The notes below the pieces were generated by a model, which had not been told where the DNA came from, searched no databases, and saw only the letters and a list, made by a program, of their open reading frames with translations. Of a DNA stretch of 64,000 nt, positions 57,615-64,000 are shown one piece after another. The position numbers and the translations under genes were made by a program. The stretch's first letter is position 1; each line of letters begins with the position of its first letter. This DNA comes from an uncultured Gemmatimonadaceae bacterium (lineage in GTDB: Bacteria; Gemmatimonadota; Gemmatimonadetes; Gemmatimonadales; Gemmatimonadaceae). Location of the stretch: the NCBI GenBank assembly GCA_963740355.1, contig CAVUDW010000003.1, positions 1,600,001 to 1,664,000 of the forward strand, read 5' to 3'.

Positions 57615-59185
57615 TGATGAGCGTACGGGTCGACATGGTTGAAGACGGAGCGTCCATGCCGCCCGCACCTCCGCTCTCGTATGTCCTGATTGCCGCGCTG
57701 GTCGTGGTGCGGTTGCTGCTCCCCGTGCTGACGGTGAACGACACTTGGGGGTTCAATCGCGATGAGTTCCTCTACTTCGCGATGGCTGATCATTTCGACC
57801 TCTTCCGGATGCAGTTTCCACCGCTGATTGCGATGGTGGCGGCGGCGGGGCGGGCGGTGTTCGGCGAATCAGTGCTGGCCGCGCGCGTGCCAGCCGCGAT
57901 GGCGGGTGCTGCCATCGTGGCCGTTGTGATGTTGACCGTGCGGCGGCTCGGCGGCGGTACACGGGCCGGTGTGTTCGCCTGGCTGGCGATGTTGGCGGCG
58001 CCGGTGTTCATCCGTCCCTCGGTTCTGATGCATCCCGTGGTGTTCGATCAGTTGTGGGCGACGGTCGCCCTGGCCGCGCTGACACTGGCGGCGCACGAGC
58101 GCGAGCCACGGTGGTGGTTGCTGGTCGGTGCTGCGCTGGGCCTCGGTGCGCTGACGAAGTTCTCCGTCGCCTTCATCGGTGTCAGCGTGGTCGTGACGAT
58201 GCTGGTGGTGCGTGATCTCCGTCTGCAGCTTGCAACGCGCTGGCCCTGGATCGCCGTGATGGTGGCGCTGCTGATCGCCAGTCCGAGCATCAGCGGGCAG
58301 GTCATGCACGACTGGCCCTTTCTGCAGCAGATGAAGGCCCTGCGCGCGACGCAACTCGATCGGGTGTCACCGCTGGAATTTCTTTCGGGCCAGCTGACGT
58401 TGCTCTGCGCCGCGTGGATCTGTGCCGCGGCCGCGCTGGTCGGGGCGTTGCGCGGGCCGAGTCGTGATCGTGCGCCGGTCGTGGCGGCGGCGGTGATGGT
58501 GCTGCTGATGCTGGTGTTGCATGGCAAGGACTACTATGCCGCACCGGTGTATCCGATGCTGATGGTGGTTGGTGCGCTGCAGCTGGAACGCTGGGCGCGT
58601 TCGTCCCGATCGACGACCGTCGCGGTGGCGGGTGCGATGCTCGCCGGCGCGCTGGTAGTCTGGCCGATCGGTGTCCCAGCCTTCGACGCCGCAGGGATGA
58701 TCCGTTATGCGGAAGCGATCGGCATCGGACGTGCGGTGAAGACGAACAGAGGTGACGTGCTACAGCTGCCACAGGACTACGCCGACATGCTCGGCTGGCG
58801 CGAGCTCGCTGACAGCGTTGGCGCGGTTGTCAGGCGTCTACCGGCCGACGCCCGCGCCGACCTGACAGTCGTCGGCGCGAACTACGGTCGTGCTGGTGCG
58901 CTCGCGTTCTTTCGAAAGCGGGCCGGGATTCCCTACCCCATCAGTACCGCCGGCGACTTCTGGGCATGGGGTCCGGGTACCGCGACTGGGGCACACGCAA
59001 TCGTCGTTGCCGATTCCGTGACCGTCGATCAACTGAAGCAGCTGTATCAGTCTGTCGACGTGGCACGCATCGTGGAGAACCCGCTTGGCGTGACCGAAGA
59101 GCAGCGTGTGTGGATCTTCTACGCGACCAAGCCCAACGCGTCGCTGGTCAGCCTCTGGCCGAAGCTAGGGCCGAACTGGGATTGA
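57614..59185 (+). CDS. Glycosyltransferase family 39/83-like membrane protein
   Basis: RDEFLY, PPL, GALTK, GKDYY, ADMLGW, NYG.AGAL. Confidence 0.85.
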   Translation: MMSVRVDMVEDGASMPPAPPLSYVLIAALVVVRLLLPVLTVNDTWGFNRDEFLYFAMADHFDLFRMQFPPLIAMVAAAGRAVFGESVLAARVPAAMAGAAIVAVVMLTVRRLGGGTRAGVFAWLAMLAAPVFIRPSVLMHPVVFDQLWATVALAALTLAAHEREPRWWLLVGAALGLGALTKFSVAFIGVSVVVTMLVVRDLRLQLATRWPWIAVMVALLIASPSISGQVMHDWPFLQQMKALRATQLDRVSPLEFLSGQLTLLCAAWICAAAALVGALRGPSRDRAPVVAAAVMVLLMLVLHGKDYYAAPVYPMLMVVGALQLERWARSSRSTTVAVAGAMLAGALVVWPIGVPAFDAAGMIRYAEAIGIGRAVKTNRGDVLQLPQDYADMLGWRELADSVGAVVRRLPADARADLTVVGANYGRAGALAFFRKRAGIPYPISTAGDFWAWGPGTATGAHAIVVADSVTVDQLKQLYQSVDVARIVENPLGVTEEQRVWIFYATKPNASLVSLWPKLGPNWD

Positions 59186-59221
59186 GTACGACCGGTCGCA
59201 GAGTCGTCCCACGGCGAGCGG

Positions 59222-60058
59222 CTACGGCTGTCGTGTGGTCGCAGTTGATGCCGTGCCGGATAGACGTGCCGTCACAGCGGCGGGAGCAAGATCTGCGGCG
59301 ACGATCATCCGAGCCCGAAACTGCGCCACGGACGCATCGATGTCGAAGCCAACCGTGCGGGCCCCGGATCGACCGAGTGGCTTGATCTCGGATTCGAACG
59401 CCTCCCAGCGGAAGCAATCGCTGGTGCTGGCTTGTGCGCACTCTGCATCATTGAAGAAGCTGTACGGCGCACCACTCCCAGCGTCGCCTGTGCCATTGAA
59501 ATCGATGGATGGTGTCACATTGCCGAAGCGAGGTTGCGTCACCACCACACTGTTCCCGTCGCTGCCCGCGACACCGCCTGGCGCCACCGTCACGACGTAG
59601 TCGAGTGGAAAGAGGATCACCCCTCGCGCAGGCGGCAGGGGCCATGTAGGGGACACGAGCCGAATGCCGGGAAGACGGTTTTCGATCACGACATCGAAAC
59701 TGACACGAACCTTGTTCGGCGCGAATGCACCGACCGCCGATTCGCGGTAGTTCGTCGTCAGCATGCGCACGGCATCGCTGCCAAGCAGGGATAGGTCGGG
59801 GCCAGCGATACCGGCGATCGCGAGCGTCGGTGCTGCCGCGGTCGCAGCCGTGGGCGGTGTGAGCGTGATCCGGTTCGAGCGTGTGTCCACGGTCACTGTG
59901 AACGCCAGCGACGAGTACTGGTCTGTGATACCCTGGCCGGCGATTGCTGGTGCGGTGGCGCTGTCAGCGGCACAGGCGCTGCCGCCGAGCAGCGTCAGTG
60001 CGAAGCGCGCAGCGGCGCGCGACAGGCGTGCCGCTGCGACGTGCAGTCTGTGGGACAT
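59222..60058 (-). CDS. Hypothetical lipoprotein
   Basis: Signal peptide with GSAC; PYSFFND..C....DCFRWE. Confidence 0.7.
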   Translation of the reverse strand: MSHRLHVAAARLSRAAARFALTLLGGSACAADSATAPAIAGQGITDQYSSLAFTVTVDTRSNRITLTPPTAATAAAPTLAIAGIAGPDLSLLGSDAVRMLTTNYRESAVGAFAPNKVRVSFDVVIENRLPGIRLVSPTWPLPPARGVILFPLDYVVTVAPGGVAGSDGNSVVVTQPRFGNVTPSIDFNGTGDAGSGAPYSFFNDAECAQASTSDCFRWEAFESEIKPLGRSGARTVGFDIDASVAQFRARMIVAADLAPAAVTARLSGTASTATTRQP

Positions 60059-60240
60059 GGTGGTGAATGACGGAAGATCGGCTTGGCCGATCTGCAGTCG
60101 TCACTATCGCCAAGGAGCGTGTGACGCCTGCATCGGCGACACTCCCGAGTCTCGGAGTGCGCCGATTTTCATTCACCGAGTTTGTGTAACAGTAAGACCG
60201 CTGGCGCGACTGTTACGAACGTGCGAGCAGGACTGCCAAC

Positions 60241-61989
60241 TCAGGGCATCCGGACGACGGATACCTGCGCGGCGCTGGCTGCAGGAAACGGCGTACCATC
60301 GACTGCGAGCAAGCGAAGGACTGCGCTCGAGGATCCGGCGCTCGTGCGCAGGCGGTACGTCAGGAACGTACCGGGCCGCATCGTCCCGGTGACACTGCTC
60401 CCGCTGGAGAGTGGCAGTGGCTCGATCGGGAATGGTCGGCCCACGCCACCCAGTATTCCGTACCCGTCGAACAGTGACTTGTAGAGCCGCCGAAGGTTGC
60501 GACTCGAGAAGCGCAGGGCGGCTGGTGTCGTACTGCGCGCGACACCAACGACGCTGTCAGTGGAAACGGCCACTGCAAAGTCACCCAGCAATGCGCCCGT
60601 GGATTTTCCGAGCACGGCTTCCAGGTTCGCACGCCCCGTGAGGTTCGTCTCGACCACGCGGCGGAACACCGTCTGGCCTTCGTGATCTGCGATCCAGCGA
60701 AGGAACAACCACGTACCGCCACGTTCCGCCAGAGAGCAGAATGTGCCGGGCGCGCAGGATGTGATCGAGTATTGCGCACTGGAGAAGAGGTACCGGTACG
60801 AGTAGAGCAGGTTCGGGTTGATGTACGGCGTCGCGGAGTCAGGGAAGATCGACGCTGGATTGGTGCGACCACTCGGCGCTGGAAAACGGGTCTCGTAGGT
60901 CAGTGAGCCGAGTTCTTCTGCGATGTGGCTCAACCCTTCGTTGAGCCAGGTCTCTTCGGATGTGCCGCCGCGCTCCACCGCATGTTCGCCAAACGAGATC
61001 AGGTGTTGCAGCTCGTGCACGAAGGTTGGGGGCAGGTTCGCGAGCACGTCCGCCTTGGTGTGGCTGCAACTCCAACGTCCGCTTTCGTCTGGGACGTAGG
61101 CGTAAAACACTTCGCCGCGATTGGAGGTGCTGGCGACGCTGCTCAGGTCATGATTGTAGAAGAAGCCGCGCACGAACCCACTCGTCGCGCATGCCGATGC
61201 CGTCACCATCGAATTCACGGTTGGCGTGAGCAAGAAAATCAGCTTGCCGTTGGCGTCGATATCCGACCCGTCGCCGAACGCCGTCATGACGGCAGGGGCC
61301 AGTCGCTCGTCGTAGAGGGCACCCATGCCCGTCAGCTCGACATCGGTGAATGCGGAAGCCGCCAGGGTGTCGACGTACAACAGGACCCGCGCACCAGAGA
61401 ACCGAAGCCGCGCGCCAACGGTGTTGTACTTCGGCGTGGCGTCGAGTGTGTTGAGCACGCTGAAGTTGCGCGTTGAATCGACCTGCGCGCCCGACTGCAG
61501 CGCGCGCAGCTGTACGCCGCCGGCCGCTGGAACGGCGCCCCCGCGCCACGCCTCGTCACGGTGGCGCATCAGCGCATCGAGGCGTGACTGCGCATCTGGA
61601 GCGGCGTCTGGCGAAGCCGTGCCTTGCGCGACTCGCAACCAGGCCGGCACATCGAAGTCGCTCGGTTCCACGCGCGCCACCACCGCCGACGGATCACCGA
61701 GTCGGAACCCATAGCCGCCATAGGGCAGCGTGGCCCCCGTGATCTGCGGTACGACCAGATACTCACGGTCACCACCTTCGAGGGCGAAACACGCGGCGTC
61801 ACTGCCCGAGAGCACCACCCGCTCAAGCGGGGCAAGGGCGCGAACACTGATGGTTGCACCGTTGCATTTCGTTTCGGTCGGTTGCACCTTCGCCGCCGGC
61901 CCGTCGCCGCCGCACGCCACGAGCAGCAACGGCAGCGCGACTCCGAGGATCCCCGCGCGGCAGCGTGCGTGCCTACTTGAAGATGTCAT
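60241..61989 (-). CDS. Secreted zinc metallopeptidase-like lipoprotein (M30-like)
   Basis: Lipobox LVAC; HELQH followed by WLNEGLSHIAE. Confidence 0.75.
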   Translation of the reverse strand: MTSSSRHARCRAGILGVALPLLLVACGGDGPAAKVQPTETKCNGATISVRALAPLERVVLSGSDAACFALEGGDREYLVVPQITGATLPYGGYGFRLGDPSAVVARVEPSDFDVPAWLRVAQGTASPDAAPDAQSRLDALMRHRDEAWRGGAVPAAGGVQLRALQSGAQVDSTRNFSVLNTLDATPKYNTVGARLRFSGARVLLYVDTLAASAFTDVELTGMGALYDERLAPAVMTAFGDGSDIDANGKLIFLLTPTVNSMVTASACATSGFVRGFFYNHDLSSVASTSNRGEVFYAYVPDESGRWSCSHTKADVLANLPPTFVHELQHLISFGEHAVERGGTSEETWLNEGLSHIAEELGSLTYETRFPAPSGRTNPASIFPDSATPYINPNLLYSYRYLFSSAQYSITSCAPGTFCSLAERGGTWLFLRWIADHEGQTVFRRVVETNLTGRANLEAVLGKSTGALLGDFAVAVSTDSVVGVARSTTPAALRFSSRNLRRLYKSLFDGYGILGGVGRPFPIEPLPLSSGSSVTGTMRPGTFLTYRLRTSAGSSSAVLRLLAVDGTPFPAASAAQVSVVRMP

Positions 61990-63316
61990 CGTCCTCGACC
62001 CTCGCCACGTTGCCCTTGGCGTCGATGATGTACACGATCACCGAGTAGACGTCGTCCCATTTGATGCGTCCAGTGGTGGGGATGTTGGGTACGTCGAGGC
62101 CGAGGTAGCCCAAGGCGTCCATCGATCCGAGGTCGGGTACGCCATCTGATGGTGCCAGCACGCCGTCCCGCAATCGCACGAGCACGAAATGCCCGACGAT
62201 GTCAGCGTCCGGGTCGCTCGCCTCGAGGATGCTGCTCACGTACGCCTGCCCTTGCAGGGTGGCGTTGAAGAAGCGCACCGACGGTGGCGAGCCGGTGGCG
62301 GAACCGATGCGGTGGGTGGCGATGGTGCTCACGTTGCCCTCCGCGTCAAAGACGCGAATTTCCGTGCACCGACCTGCGAACACCGAATTGTCGATGCCGA
62401 GCTCGAACGCACCGACGACTGTCAGTGTGTCGTTGGTCGCCCCGCGGCCAGCACGGAGGTTGAGACGTACCCGCTCACGCTTGTCAGGCAACACACTGTT
62501 GCCTTCGCAGTCGGTGATGTCCCAGTAGTAGCCGATCAGGTCTGCGTCGGGATCGAAGACACGGAACTGGAAGACGCTGGCACCTTGTGTGTAGCCGCTG
62601 GTGAAGCCGAACAGCTTCGGCTGATGGGCGACATCGGAGCACTGCACGCGAAACGTCACGGCAGCGCCGCCGGTGGGGTCGATCTTCACGCGCTGCCGCG
62701 AGCCACCATCGGTAGCGATGATGCAGTTCGCGGCTACGCCACCCAGATCCACCTCGATGTCGCCCGGCCCGACATCCTCGATCGTGATCGTATCGTTGCC
62801 AGCGGTCAGCCCCGTTCGTTCGAGGCCGTTGTCCTTTCGCCGCACTCGATAGACGAAGTCATCGTCGACGTTCCAGCCATCGGCGATGACCGATATGCTG
62901 AGGAGCCCGCGACATTCGATCTGGTATCGAATGATGCCGGTGTTGTCGCTCTCGGTGAGCGTGATGCCTTGCTGGTTGGTGCCCCGCGGCAGCACGCATC
63001 GCGCCGGCAGGTCATTCGCCTCGACGATGTACGTACCGGGGCTCAGCGGGAGGATGATCGTATCGCTCGGCGCCACAGTCAGCGACTTGTCGAACGACAC
63101 CACACCAGCCGTGCTTTCGCGAATCCGATAGGTCACGGTGGGCGGCGCGGACGCGCCTGGCCAGGTGGTGAGCTTGGTGACGACTGCCAGATACGGCGGC
63201 CCAGGTGGCGCGGTCGCACTATCGCAACCCGCCATCACACAAGGCACGAGCGCCGCCGCGCAAAATTGCGCGGCGGCGATCGCGGATCGTACGGACTTCG
63301 GTATTCGACTTCGCAT
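61973..63316 (-). CDS. Hypothetical lipoprotein with tandem Ig-like beta domains
   Basis: Lipobox MAGC; repeated ...C...(Y/F)x(I/V)xC units; two DPDAD motifs. Confidence 0.7.
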   Translation of the reverse strand: MRSRIPKSVRSAIAAAQFCAAALVPCVMAGCDSATAPPGPPYLAVVTKLTTWPGASAPPTVTYRIRESTAGVVSFDKSLTVAPSDTIILPLSPGTYIVEANDLPARCVLPRGTNQQGITLTESDNTGIIRYQIECRGLLSISVIADGWNVDDDFVYRVRRKDNGLERTGLTAGNDTITIEDVGPGDIEVDLGGVAANCIIATDGGSRQRVKIDPTGGAAVTFRVQCSDVAHQPKLFGFTSGYTQGASVFQFRVFDPDADLIGYYWDITDCEGNSVLPDKRERVRLNLRAGRGATNDTLTVVGAFELGIDNSVFAGRCTEIRVFDAEGNVSTIATHRIGSATGSPPSVRFFNATLQGQAYVSSILEASDPDADIVGHFVLVRLRDGVLAPSDGVPDLGSMDALGYLGLDVPNIPTTGRIKWDDVYSVIVYIIDAKGNVARVEDDDIFK

Positions 63317-63345
63317 ACGATCACTGCACCTTCAAAGGTGGATCA

Positions 63346-63999
63346 TTACGGTGTGGTCGCGGTCGTGAAGGCACGCGTCCAGCCGGAGTACCACGGGATC
63401 TGGCCAGCGCTCAGCACGCCGACTGCTCCGCGATAGTTCGTCTGCACCATGCCAGCAGGAACCGTTTCCGTACCGGCTTCGGTCGGCGTCGAGCCACCCG
63501 CTGCGGTCGCACGCATGCGCCAGTCGGGCAGCAGGGTGTTGCGGCCGTCGAGCAGGACCTGATCGATGCCGAGCACACCACCCGACGTGTTGCGGACGCG
63601 GTAGCCGGCCTGACCGGTCAGGAACTCGGATTCGGCGGCATTGCCCGTCGCGAGATCGGTGGCCACGGTCGTTGCTGGCGCACAGGTCGGCGGCAGGTTC
63701 GAGCCGGAGTTGTCCACCGGGCTCGAAACCGACGTCACTTCCATGAACGTCGTGCTCAGCACCTGCGGATTGCCGGTGCCGAAGCCCGAGCAGGTGAAGG
63801 CGTCGCGGAGTGACACCGCTGCCGGCCAGCCATCGATGATCGAGTTCGCGAGGCGCGGGCCCGTGCCGCGACGGAACATCATCGCTGCGGTCGAGGCGCG
63901 GTTCACGAGGTTGCCGATGATCGTGAAGTTGTACATCAACGGCTGGGTGCGCGGGAGGTTCTGGTTCGAGGAGTCCCAGTTGTCCATTTCGATCGCACG
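63346..63999 (-). CDS. C-terminal part of a secreted beta-helix-like protein (5' end outside window)
   Basis: Frame open to window edge; IEMDN, NFTIIG, FRRGTG, YRGAV, WYSGWT. Confidence 0.7.
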   Translation of the reverse strand, partial: RAIEMDNWDSSNQNLPRTQPLMYNFTIIGNLVNRASTAAMMFRRGTGPRLANSIIDGWPAAVSLRDAFTCSGFGTGNPQVLSTTFMEVTSVSSPVDNSGSNLPPTCAPATTVATDLATGNAAESEFLTGQAGYRVRNTSGGVLGIDQVLLDGRNTLLPDWRMRATAAGGSTPTEAGTETVPAGMVQTNYRGAVGVLSAGQIPWYSGWTRAFTTATTP

Positions 64000-64000
64000 T

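Overview
High-GC bacterial chromosomal segment. Gene content and style suggest Gemmatimonadota, which is an inference. It holds about 55 protein-coding genes and two tRNA genes (tRNA-Gln CTG and tRNA-Ala CGC, both on the minus strand). The most striking structure lies downstream of tRNA-Gln (12.3-22.8 kb). It is a tandem stack of 2.8-4.1 kb cargo segments, each bounded by a copy of the tRNA 3' end plus its own terminator hairpin. Two segments share a conserved ~120 bp non-coding end, and no integrase is recognisable in the window, so this looks like an integrase-less, tRNA-anchored cassette array. Other points of note: (1) an N6-adenine DNA methyltransferase plus SF2 helicase pair with no recognisable nuclease, in a zone of extreme strand bias whose polarity flips near 49-50 kb; (2) a seven-gene coupled operon, mntH-usp-mntR followed by a split MacB-like ABC system with an AttH/lipocalin fusion and one frameshifted permease; (3) mobile mystery proteins A/B with a palindromic operator; (4) an internally deleted ybaL-like pseudogene capped by REP-like repeats; (5) a PHP-DUF3108 fusion; (6) an alternating Cys-rich repeat surface protein; (7) a ligase/exonuclease/Lhr-core repair operon lacking its usual phosphoesterase. 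All product calls come from motif recognition by eye; no database searches were run.
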